From: Callorhinchus milii
Lineage: Eukaryota
Direction of reading: 5' to 3'
DNA length: 64,000 nt
Assembly (NCBI RefSeq): GCF_018977255.1
Contig: NW_024704743.1
Location: 68,574,001-68,638,000 of the forward strand
Shown here: in pieces, positions 1 through 11,160 of the stretch
How the letters are laid out: every line of letters begins with the position of its first letter
Position numbering within the stretch: the first letter of the stretch is position 1
Position numbers and translations under genes: made by a program
The notes under the pieces: model-generated
Database searches by the model: none
What the model saw: only the letters and a program-made list of their open reading frames with translations
Told to the model about the DNA's origin: nothing

Positions 1-674
1 TCCCTGTATTGTTCAAGCACACCTTTTGTCTAGTCCACCACAAATACAGGCAATACTGTTTGTGGACCTCTTTAACTGATCTGTTTTCTTTAAAAAAAAC
101 AATTAGGATTGATGGATTAGCATAGTGGGCGGATTGCAGTAGGGTGACTATTTCAAAGTAAAAACATTTAGAAGAAATTAATAGTGCTCATAACAGAGTA
201 CTTGCATTCCCAGGTGGATGTAATTTTGAGAATAATCTATTTGAACAGACTGAATTTGGTATTTACATTCCAAAGTATACCTCCCCAAATCCTTCAAAAC
301 ATTTCAGTTGCCAATTTACTGTAGTCCTCCCTCATGACATTTGGAGGAAATTGGCTCAGATTGAGTTGACATAGTCCTACATTTCCTGTTGAGCATTTTA
401 AAAGCTTAGTTTTATAGGCTGAAATATATTTATCTCCAATAAACTGACAGATGGATTTTATGATTTAGTTGGTTACTGTATATCATTTTAGATTAAAAAA
501 TTAGATAAATGACTATAAAAAATTTAGTCAATTAAAGAAAGGTGCTGAGGTTTGCATAATCTTGTCATCAAATATAGTCATTATGCTTCACAGTAACAAG
601 CTGCGAAGCATTTTGAGGTGTCTTGAAGATGTGATAAGATGCTGTATCAAATGTTAGGATTATTATTATTTTCA

Positions 675-676
<2 letters not shown>

Positions 677-705
<29 letters not shown>

Positions 706-1006
706 CCTTGCATTTGATATAGCGCTTTTCACGTCGGGAGGACGTCCCAAAGCGCTTCACAGAACACACTGTAAAGTGAATTGACTGTATATTTGGGTGC
801 GAACGCGGCAGCCAATTGCGCACAGCAATGTCCCACAAACAGTCGTAGATTGAAAATGACCAATTTATTATTGTTTTTGGTTTTGGAGGGATTATTATTA
901 GGCGTGTGGAGTAAGGAAACTTGCCCAAGGTTTCGCCCTGCCTGGAATTGAACTCAGGTCTCTCGCTTGCAAAGCGAGTGCTCTAACCACTGAGCTACAG
1001 GACTCC
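677..1006 (-). mobile_element. Young tRNA-headed SINE (short subfamily), full length
   Basis: Reverse complement begins GGAGTCCTGTAGCTCAGTGGTTAGAGCACTCGCTTTGCAAGCGAGAGACCTGAGTTCAATTCC (Pol III A and B boxes). It ends in GGGACGTCCTCCCGACGTGAAAAGCGCTATATCAAATGCAAGG(ATT)n. Near-identical to the copies at 25805 and 35087. Confidence 0.93.
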
Positions 1007-1174
1007 ATAGGGAATAGGGAGAATGTCCCTCACGAAAATCCAGCTCTAGCAATTCACTTGTGTGGAAACCGTTTTTTCATTGAGACAAATATGTGTGACA
1101 CAACAATGGACACCGATTCTGTTTTAAAAAATTAAATTTGATTGAAAATTGTTCAGAAAATCCAATTTATTCAA

Positions 1175-1648
1175 AATTCTGCTGTCAATATCCTCACCCG
1201 TATGAAACTCAGCACTCTCACACCCCACTCCTTGCCAGGCTCCACTAGCTCCCAATTGGAGAATAGATCAATTTGAAGCTTCACACTACCGTACAAATCA
1301 CTTCATGCTCTTACACATTCCTACCTTTCTGACCTGCTTAATCCTCAACCCGCTACCCGTCTTTTTCGCTCAGCTGGCTCCAGCCTCTTGCACATTGATC
1401 ATCCCCTTCACTCACCACCAATGGCCGTGCCTTCTGCCCTGAGATTCTGGAACACTCTGTCTCAACCTCTTTGTCACCCTTGCCTATCTTCAGATCAAAC
1501 CTGAAGATAACTGTGCCTGAGCTCATCTCCCCTCTCTCCCTGGTTTGGCGTCCAGCTCACTGTTAAGTTAACATCTTAACATCTCACTGTTATGGACTCT
1601 GAGATGCTTCCCCGCATAAAGGGTGCTATTCAAATCCAAGTTGTTTTT
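1175..1648 (+). mobile_element. Degenerate L2 LINE 3' fragment
   Basis: Decayed QNSA..IL / LARLH.LPI-type coding remnants, followed by a tail ...GGTGCTATTCAAATCCAAGTTGTT similar to the other L2 copies. Confidence 0.75.
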
Positions 1649-2529
1649 TTTAAACTAATTGACTTTAACTAATAACTGTATGTACTTATCAGCAAAAATC
1701 AGTTGAAGAAAACTTTAATGATCCATAACTGTATTGCACGCTCAATTGAAGTTTTACCACATAAACTAAAATATTGCCTGTGACGTGTCATCAGCCCTTG
1801 AAATTGTTTACTGCCCCTAAGGTACAGAGTAAGATAATTTCTGGAAAGTTAATTCTGAGCAATTTTATTTTACTCGGAAAGCTATTTTTAATGTGCATAT
1901 TGATTGCCATAATTGTTTACCATATTTACAGATGGAGTTTGAAGCGCGTATCTGCGGCATGTACCAGTTGACATAGTAAACGATATCTGGGTATAGACGT
2001 TGTCTAATGTTGACTCTGCCTCTGCTGTAACCTTGTTTGGAAAATCAGTTACATTTTTTTTAAAGAAACCTCTTGCGATTGCAGCTGGAGAAGTATCCTC
2101 AGCAAAACCATGTACTTTCTCTCCATTTATGGGGATCCACTGGATTTATTGCAAAAGGCTACTTTGCTGGGAGTTTCTGGCTTTGCGGCAGACGAAAATT
2201 CAAGTATTCAAAGGGCTGCCAAGTAGCACAGCTAGCCTCAGATTTCAATGAGTTAATGTGAGCAAAAGATGTAAATGTTTGCTGTATCGCATGGCAACTA
2301 GGATTTTCATGCCAAACACTGGCTGTTTAAAGCATGATTCTACAGGTCTTGTGCAGTCCATTTCAGCAATCAGAAAGGCGATTGCAAAAGTAAAGAGGTG
2401 CCTAGGAATTTTGTTTGACATTTTGGCTGATCTCAAAGAGCTTAGAGGACATGCAAATATTTCTTTGTGACTGATAGGTAAACCCAGTACTGAGTCTGCT
2501 GGCCAGAAGTTATAGATTTCAAAATAACA

Positions 2530-2890
2530 GCCCTCGTCCTTGCCTTCAAAGCCCTCAATGCCATATCAACCTGTCCACTCCATCTGCTCAGCAGGCTCTG
2601 GCCTGCTCCATGTCCCCCACCTGGCCCGCCCCACCATTGGCTGTCGGGTCTTCAATCTCTCTGCCCCCACTCTTTGGAACTCCATCCCACAGTCCATTCA
2701 CCTCGCTCCCTCCATTGCCTCCTTCCTCTTCAATTGTGCCTTTGGCCACGTTGCCACCCCCAACCCCCTGCCCTTCTGCCCTTCTCACCCCAACTCCAGC
2801 TCATGTCCAAAGCCCCTGATTGTCCAACGCCCCGGGATGTCTTTCCAACGTGAAGTGTGCTGTATACGTGTAATTTGTTATTGTTGTTTA
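2530..2890 (+). mobile_element. L2 LINE 3' fragment
   Basis: Translates to SGLLHVPHLARPTIGCRVFNLSAPTLWNSIPQ, the L2 ORF2 C-terminus also seen at 49k, followed by the tail. Confidence 0.85.
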
Positions 2891-3309
2891 CTGAAGTAGT
2901 TTAGAATTTGCCATTCTTTGCCCAGTCTGTCATTCTCAGTCCAGTTTTAACATCAGTCACATCAATTTGTTCTGCAACTTATTTTTAAAAAAATTATTTT
3001 GTTTCTCTCACAGTAAAATCCTGAGAAGCACTTTGAGACATCCTCCCAATATGCACTAAATAAAATGTATGGATTATTTTATTTGCTCCGATTCTCTCCT
3101 GTCTTATACTGAGGTACAGTCCTATGGGCACTGCTTCACCTCTGGCACCATACCCAGACATGGATTCAAGCTGATTTGGGTCTACATCGTTCAGTTCTCA
3201 CACTATATGGTATAATTACCCAATGAGCCAACAGACAAGTTCAATGAAACCATTTGAATCAAGTTCTTGACTCTCTGCTTTGCAGACAGCAAAGGCTCCA
3301 AATTATTGT

Positions 3310-3500
3310 TCAAAAATAGAAGGGATTTTCTCCTGGTGTCCTGGCTCACAATCCCTTAATTAAAAAATGGTCATTTACTTAATGGTTGTTTGAAGGACAT
3401 TGCTGTGTGCAAATTGGTTGCCATATCTGCCTACAGATACATTCACTGCACTTCACAGTAAAATCTTCTGAAACACTTTGAGATGTCTCAGTGACATATC
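3310..3500 (+). mobile_element. Old Deu-domain SINE, 3' part
   Basis: TTCTCCTGGTGTCCTGGC...GGACATTGCTGTGTGCAAATTGGTTGCC...GAAACACTTTGAGATGTCTC matches the other old SINE copies. Confidence 0.7.
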
Positions 3501-4004
3501 CGCAGAATTGTTATTTTTGCTTTGTAGCTAAATAATAGTAATCCTTGCATTTGGTATAATGCCTTTCATGTCAGGAGGACGTTCTAAAGCATTTCACAGG
3601 CAATATTCCCATGATTCCTCTATTCCCATGATGTTGATATGCTGAAAATACAGGAAATACACAGAGAAAAGAAGCTACGTGTCTTCCCCCTCCTTGGTAG
3701 TTCATTTGACTGACCAAACCTCAGTGACTGGTCCTTTGGTGACTGAAATAAAGCGAAGCCAAACTCACCAAATGTTGCTTGTTTATATTTGCAGTTGGTT
3801 TGACATGTAATAACTAACTGAAGGTTGTAAGGAACATTCTGATGCATGCAGTACTTTAGTAGGAAATGCTTCACCACGCAAAGTATTTCGAGGTCTTTAC
3901 ACTTGCACAAATTTCTAAATTGGTTGTAGCCTTATTACAACAAACCGGTTTCATTTAAAGATGTACTCGTCAGAGCAGCTCATATCTCTGAAGCGTATCC
4001 ACTG

Positions 4005-4175
4005 ATAAAGAACATCTTAGCCTGCTCCTTGCTCATCCTCCTACCTTCTCTGCCCTCCACCCTCACTGATACCCCCCCCAGCACGCTCGGGGTCCTAATG
4101 ACCCTGATTGTTCAGGACCTTGGGACGTCCTCCCGACGTGAAAGGCACTTTACAAATGTAATTTTGTATTGTACT
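4005..4175 (+). mobile_element. L2 3' UTR/tail fragment
   Basis: C-rich 3' UTR followed by CTTGGGACGTCCTCCCGACGTGAAAGGCACTTTACAAATGTAATTTTGTATTG. Confidence 0.75.
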
Positions 4176-4209
4176 TCTGTAATTGCAACTTGTATAATGG
4201 AATGAAAGG

Positions 4210-5128
4210 ACATCTACTTTGCTACCTCCAGTACCAACTCCAGGTCCGCCGATGTTCTATCAACTTGTTTGGCAGACATCAAGGCCTGGATGAGTGTAAA
4301 CTTCCTGCAGCTGAATATGGACAAGATGGAAGCCATACTCCTTGGCTCCCGTCAACATCTTCACTCCTGTGGATCGAAACTCCTCAACCTCCCTGAACTC
4401 TCCCTCAGACTCACTGAACCAGTGCTCAATCTAGGTGTCCGGTTCGACCCCCAACTGTCCTTCCTCCCCCACATGGAGTCCCTGACCAGACCACCTTCTT
4501 CCACTTCTACTACATTGCCCGCCTCCGACCGTACCTTACCCCAATGCAGCCGAAAGCCTTGAGCATGCGTTTGTCACCTCCCGCTTGGATTACTCCAACG
4601 CACTCCTCGCTGGTCTCCCCAGCTCCAGCATTCACAAGCTCCAGCTCATTCAGAACTCTGCCGCCCGCATACTGACCCAGACCAAACTCCATACCCACAT
4701 CTCACCAGTTCTGGCCCAGGCTCCACTGGCTCCCCATCACCGAACGGATCGACTTCAAGATCCTCACACTCGTGTTCAAATCCATTCACTCCCTGGCACC
4801 TCCCTACCTCTCCGACCCCCTCACTCCCAATCCACCACCCAGTGCCTCCACTCACCTGGAACTGGTCTTTTGCTCGTTCCTTACACCCTCCACCCACCAT
4901 CGGAGGTTGCACTTTCAGCCACTAGGCCTTGAAACTCTGTTACACTCTGCCTCAATCTCGCCACCCTGCCCCCTCTCTCCCCTTTTCTAAGTCAGACCTG
5001 AAAATCTCTTCGACCGTGCTTACGGCTACCTCCCCCCACCCCCGGCTTGGAGTCAGGCTCTGCCACTATTGAGCACTCTGAGTCACTACCCTGCGTGGAG
5101 GACGCTATATAAGTGCAAGTTGTTGTTG
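4210..5128 (+). mobile_element. 5'-truncated L2 LINE (frameshifted ORF2 C-terminus plus tail)
   Basis: DIKAWMSVNFLQLNMDKMEAILLG, LNLGVRFDPQLSF and [30 protein letters not shown]; ends ATATAAGTGCAAGTTGTTGTTG. Same subfamily as 62772-63408. Confidence 0.93.
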
Positions 5129-5279
5129 AAATCTTAATCGGTTGTGCTCTTTAAAAGCATGGAACATTGAATCACTGTCCTACTGTCGGAGGAAATGATC
5201 CCTTCAGCTATAGTTCTGCTGTTATTTTTAATTCTATTTTTCAATGCAATTTTCAATTCTCTAATGTCAACCACTGCAG

Positions 5280-5445
5280 CAGCTCTGAGATTCAAAGCAG
5301 ATCCAACGTAGAGAAGTTTTCCTGCCTCGATTTGTAAAGTAAGAAGAAGTGTAGCTGGATGATGGTAGTTGGTCATGATGAGCTGAGCAGCCGGTACAAT
5401 ACGAGTTCATGTGGTGAATTTCCAAACTATCTAGCGTGGGAGGAG
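5280..5445 (+). other. Candidate exon (short UTR plus 29 codons, MMVVGHDELSSRYNTSSCGEFPNYLAWEE)
   Basis: T-rich tract ending CTGCAG(CAG), ATG at 5359, GAG|GTGAGG donor after 5445. Resembles the 60348-60440 cassette. No homology recognised. Confidence 0.25.
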
Positions 5446-5924
5446 GTGAGGGGCTCTTAAAAGACGCAAGCGGAAACTCTGTGTCATTCAGCTGCCCATG
5501 GAGCATTTAAGTGTGTGGTTACAGAGCTGTACTGACTGAAATAGGGGGGAAACTGCACAAATCTAAGGATGTCTGTTGCACCAAATATTCTAGTTCATCT
5601 GCTACATCTCCTGAATGCTCATACCCTGGACAGAGTACAAGAAGACTTGTGATATGATCCTTCTCTCATTCTAGCCTCAAGCTTCTCTCCATTAGGTTTT
5701 CTTTGCTTTATGTTTCCACTACTTTTGTCACTGCTCCAATAACATTACTTCTGGAACTGGTCTTTTGCTCGTTCCTTACACCCTCCACCCACCATCGGAG
5801 GTTGCACTTGAGCTTAAAATGAGTCATCAACACATCTTTCTCCATGCATCCTCAGTGTTGAATTCAAAACCTACTGTACCATCCCTACTCTAACGCTTAA
5901 CGTTTCTGCTAAGGTCTGTGAGGT

Positions 5925-6688
5925 TCCTGGATGAGAGACAACTTTCTTCAGCTCAATGTGCGCAAAACTGAGGCCCTCCTGATTGGCTCACGTCAGCGCC
6001 TCCGCACCTCAGGCGCTATCAGCATCCAAGGCTGCACTCTCCACCTCTTAAAGCCATCAGGAACCTCGGGGTTCTGTTCGACCCTGAGCTGTCCTTTCTT
6101 CCTCATATCCGCACCACAACTGGCACTGCCTTCCATCACCTCCGGAACATTGCCAGACTACGGCACTACCTCACCGCTCACGCTGCTGAAACTCTGGTCC
6201 ACGCCTTTATCACCTCAAGGCTGGACTATGGGAACTCTCTCCTCGCCGGCCTTCCCGCCACCTCCCTCCACAAGCTGCAGGTCATTCAGAACTCTGCAGC
6301 TCGTGTACTGTCCCGCACCAGGCTTCGGGACCACATCACTCCCACCCTCGCTCGCCTCCACATCCACATCCCCTCCACATCCGCCGCCCTAACCGCCCTA
6401 CCATCGGTGGTCGGGCCTCCAGCCTCTCAGCCCCCAGGCTCTGGAACTCCAACCCCCAGTACCTTCGCCGCCTCCTCCCTTTCCTCCTTCAAGTCCGGTC
6501 TCAAGACCTTTCTCTTTGACCGTGCCTTCAGCTCCCCTCTCGACTCTCTACCCCCTCCTCGCTCCCTCCCTTCCCTCCCCTCACCCTGACCATTTCCCCC
6601 CTGCTCGGATCCTGACCCAACTGTCCAGCGCCTTGGGACGTCCTCCCGACGTGAAAGACGCTCTATAAATGAAATCTTGTTGTTGTTC
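5925..6688 (+). mobile_element. 5'-truncated young L2 LINE with internal deletion
   Basis: MRDNFLQLNVRKTEALLIG, near-identical to 49210-50087; tail TTGGGACGTCCTCCCGACGTGAAAGACGCTCTATAAATGAAATC(TTG)n. Confidence 0.95.
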
Positions 6689-8769
6689 TTTGCTTCTTCA
6701 GTCTTTTGTTCCTTCTGCAATCTATACGTCTTTCAAGCCCAATATTGACATCACCTGCCAGCTGTCCTGTAAAGTTCCTCCCACCACACTGATAACTATT
6801 TATCAGATAACTGATGAGAATACTCTGAGGCTTGGGGCAAGAGCTCCTGGAAGTATTACCTTGAGTCTGAGTTTGTGAACACACATTCATATATCCAGGG
6901 CTTGAAATACATCTTTGTTGGTTTGCAGGGATGTAGACAGCTGTTGCACATGAGCTGTGAAAAGAAAAATGGTGGCAATGTTCTCATGCATTTCACGCTG
7001 AGCTGTGCTGCCCCCATGAAGCTCAGAATTCCTAGAACCTGCTACCACCCAGTGAGGACTCTAATCTGCACTTGTAGGATGTCAACTGACCATGTGGTGT
7101 GGAGGAGGAGCTGAGCAACACAGTGGTGGGGAGGGGGAATCAGTACCGCAAGGGAAGTTAGAGTGACTCGGTACTGTGATAGAGGGTAGGTGGGGTGGGT
7201 GGTTGGCACCACAGTGGTGGGTGGGTGGTTGCAAACGAGATTTAGCCCGACAGTGAAGGGTGGGGGAGACTCCGCACACAGTGGTTTAAGAGGGTGGCCG
7301 TTCAACAAGTTTGAACTCCCTCTGCTGATCACATCACCGGTTGGTATGTGAATCCCAGTGGGTAGGCAAGAGTAAAAAGGGGCTGGGTCTAGGGTTGACT
7401 ATTCACACTCGACATTGGGGTTTGTGATCCTGGTGAGACCACAATAGTGGAGAAGAACACAAATAACCAAGATGTTTCTACGAAAACTGGTGATCAATTT
7501 TGTTGTGTTGGGGAGAACAGACTTTCCTTGTAGGTGTATCAGTCTGTAATGTTGCAATCTTATAATTTCCCACCCAGTACCTGGATGATTATGCATGAGC
7601 AATATTCATTGCCAAAAGCCACACATTTAGTTTGGAAGAGCGTTGCTATAACTACAGGATCAGTCACCATGTCAGTAAATACACCTTCAGGCATATTCAA
7701 TCAGCGCATATATTACGACTTGAAATCTTCTAAACCATAATTTTGAATAAATTTTTAATTTCAAATTAGGATAATGAATGTTTCTATTTAAAGTTGCAAA
7801 GATGCCAGAGCTGGTGAATGGAAAGCTTTTGGTTCATATTGTTAGGTTCAAATGAACCAGTTGCTCTGCATATACCAGGAATAATACATTGATCCTGATT
7901 TCCAAACCGCTTCGCTTTTTCCTAACTGCAACCCAAATGAATGTTTTGTTGCTCAAAGCCATCCTTGTGACCTCAGAGTGAGATTTTCTTATATAGTAAC
8001 ACCTTAGACCAAATTACTGTGCAGTTTTGTGCTGTGGTATTCATATAATTTGGAGTTTCATTGAGATAGCCCAAATGCATTTCTCATTGGACCCTTATAA
8101 CTTCTTTGTTGTCAGACCATTTGAAACAATAGCTGCTGTTACTATGTTGAAGGTGCAGAACATTGGCAATCGACTTGACTGTAAACATTGGCAGTGGATA
8201 TGAATAAAATTGCAATGCTACAGTTTAAACAGACCATTGTTAATGTTTGTTTCTTACAATACATTGATGTTCATTGTGGTAAAATGTCTGAGTTGGAATA
8301 ATACTAGATTGCAGTGTATATAGGAGGCAAATAGTAGATATAATTTTGTGTATTGTCAAGCTATTATATTATAATAATAATACTTACATTTGGTACAGCA
8401 CTTTTCAGGAGGATGTCTCGAAGCACTTCACAACATATACTATAACGTGGCATGACTGGAGTGTTCTGAATGTTTAAATCAATGCTGAACACGATTGGTA
8501 GCGCTTGAGAACAAACAGATTTTGCCTTCAGTTTGAGCAGAAAGCACTCCCGTGACAGTTACAGAACAGCTTATATTTTACAGCAACAATAGTTTTTATT
8601 TACAGGATTGTCACGAGGAAGCAATTGACCAGATAAACATGAGCTGGATCTGTCCCGGCAGCAATAAACGCTTGTTATTAAACATGGTCTCATTGCTTCC
8701 TTGAAGTCTAAACTTTTTATTACTGCCTAACAAACCAATGATCAACCACATTTTTTTTTAAAAAGTGAA

Positions 8770-8860
8770 TACACCCCAAGTCTGGGTCCACATCCTTGAC
8801 TGTCCAGCGCTTTGGGATGTTCTCTCGACGTGAAATGTGCTATACAAATCTAATTTGTTA
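8770..8860 (+). mobile_element. L2 tail fragment
   Basis: GACTGTCCAGCGCTTTGGGATGTTCTCTCGACGTGAAATGTGCTATACAAAT. Confidence 0.7.
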
Positions 8861-8867
8861 TATAATA

Positions 8868-9136
8868 TATAATCCTTGCATTTGATATAGCACTTTTCAC
8901 GTCTTCTAGATGTCTTAAAGCACTTCTCAAAATCTACTGTAAAGTGAATTGACTATATTTGTGGGCGAAATGCGGCAGCCAATTGCGCACAACAGTGTCC
9001 CACAAACAGTCGTGGATTGAAGTGACCAATTTATTAATTGTTTTTTTTGAGGGATTATTAACTTGCCCAAGGTTTCGCCCTGCCGGGAATCTCTCGCTTG
9101 CGAGGCAAGTGCTGTAACCATTGAGCTACAGGACTC
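8868..9136 (-). mobile_element. tRNA-headed SINE with small internal deletions
   Basis: Reverse-complement head GAGTCCTGTAGCTCAATGGTTACAGCACTTGCCTCGCAAGCGAGA; body and tail as in the other copies. Confidence 0.88.
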
Positions 9137-9821
9137 AGGACTTCTTGTTGTCGTCGTACATTCAACAAAAGTTCTGTGCATTGTCCAGGAAGCACCTAAA
9201 GCTCTCTTGAGCATCATTTACAGTAGCAAATTGAGGTCAATTGAACACCTTAATTTGCCTCTATTTCCCACTGTAAAGGTACCAGACTTCAACAGCCTGA
9301 GATGCGAATGGTTTTGAGCTTGCTTTCATTCCACTGTGATTTGTGTTGGTGCTGGAATGCAAAGTCCAAACACTAAACCTAGCCTGACCTCCTCCCATCC
9401 CATCCTGCTATCTCTACAATTTGAGGCTTCTGCAGGTAAAATAATAATAATCTTTACATTTGATGTAGCCCCTTTCACCTCGGGAGATGTCGCAATGTAA
9501 TTCACAGGATTTACTGTAGATTAGTGACCATGTATTTTGCAGGTGAATGGGTTAAATGCAGGTTAATATTTACAGATCATGCTTGCTGTAGTTTGCCACA
9601 TGCAAGAACATGGCCGCTGGAGCTTGTGCATGTTATATATATTTTTTCAAAAGCATTTCTGTTCCAACTCTTTTTAACCCATTCAGTGCAGAAGCCACAG
9701 CACCAGTAACTGCTCATGTAACCTCTTTATTTCATTCAAATTGAGCATTCACTTCCAGGCTGTTTTGGGGATATTGTTGTGCGTAAATTGGTTAACAATT
9801 TACTTTAAATTGGCTCCTTTT

Positions 9822-11160
9822 CTAACAAGGCTCTCACCATCAACAACATCATCGTTGATGAAAACATTGATATCCTGTCCTTTACCGAAACCTAGATCAC
9901 CCCAGCCGATACCTTCCCCATGAATGAGGCCACACCACCTGGCTATTCCTTCCACCATACCCACATCCTAACTGCCGTGGCGGTAGTGTGGCTCTCATCT
10001 CCAAGTGCTCACTTGCTCTATCCGCCTACTCCTATGGCTCATTCCCTTCCTTCAAGCACCTTACCCTCTTTCATCCCTCCAGTCTTTCCCTCAAAATTCT
10101 CCTGATTTATCATCTCCCCAAACCCTTCCCCACCTTCATTTTTAACATCTCCGCCCTCCTAGCTTCCCTCTGCCTCTGTTCTGAATGCCTCCCTCCTCTT
10201 GCTCTATCTCCACCAAATTCTCCTTTCTCCTTTCCTCTCACAACCTCTCCCTCCACATCCACTCTGCCACCCATGTTGATGGCCACCCATTCGACCTGGT
10301 GATTACCCGGGGCCTCAGTGCCTTGGACCTCACAATCACCGATAAAGCCATCTCAGATCACCATTTCATCTCCCTTATCTCCTCAATCTCCCTCCCTACC
10401 ACCACCCAACCCACCTACATCTCCTACCACCGCTGGAAAATAATCTCCCCCCACTCCCTCACTGCTGCCTTGGAGTCATCTGAACTCCTCCCCCTCTGAC
10501 CTAGCTCCAGCACCAACTTATCCTCCTCACTCACTCCCCTCCACAACTCCCTCTCCACCATTCTCAATGCCCTTGCCCCCCTCACTTCCCGAACCACATC
10601 ATAATGAACCTCACCCTAGTACACCAGCCACCTCCGCTCACTCAAGGGTCAGGTGCATACCGCTGAACGCACCTGGCTCAAATCTGATTTAACGGTTCAC
10701 TAGCAGATCTGGCTGAACCACATAAAAACTTACCGGTCTCCGCTAAATTGGCTTTCTATTCCAAGGTAATCTTGGAGTCCAAGGACAACCCCAGGCTTCT
10801 CTTCTCCACTACCAACCAGCTCCTCCATTCACCCTCTCACACCTCGCTCATTCTCTCCTACTACTACAACTGCGAGGAGATGCTGGATATCCTTGAGACC
10901 AAAATCAAGAGGATCGTTTCAGCTGCCTCCGCCCTCCCAAATGCCACCCACACCCCTACTCATCCCTCCCTCCACACCTTCGAACCTGTTTCCCCCTCCT
11001 CACCATCACTATAACTAGCATGAAGCCCACCACCTGCTCCCCACACCCTGCCCTCCACCATCCCTGTTCCCAACCCCCCCACCACCCACTCGGGTCCTAA
11101 TCCCTGACTGTTCAGTGCCTTGGGATGTCAAGGCGCTTTACAAATGTAGTTTTGCATTGT
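9822..11160 (+). mobile_element. L2 LINE remnant: APE endonuclease region joined to the 3' tail, RT region absent
   Basis: NKALTINNIIVDENIDILSFTET, NEATPPGYSF, ATHVDGHPFDLVITRGL..ISDHH, FYSKVILESKDNPRLLFSTTNQLL and MKPTTCS, then directly the C-rich 3' UTR and tail. Multiple stops and frameshifts. Confidence 0.88.

Noticed and set aside
647..928. Recurring short ORFs with KCKDYYYY / LWDIAVRNWLPR (also 35165, 31633 and 57782)
   Set aside because: These are translations of SINE body and (ATT)n tails, not a protein family.
935..1006. tRNA-Ala-like genes (also at 24050, 25805, 29610, 35087 and 58240)
   Set aside because: Each continues into the same SINE body, so these are SINE heads rather than stand-alone tRNA genes.
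1932..2477. Possible long exon (TTTACAG...TAG|GTAAAC) with an RFX half-site CATGGCAAC and octamer ATGCAAAT
   Set aside because: No continuous frame, a mediocre donor, and motifs short enough to arise by chance.
5931..6392. Pro/Ser/Thr-rich ORFs (also 49271-49984 and 2610-2819)
   Set aside because: These are off-frame translations of C-rich L2 sequence.
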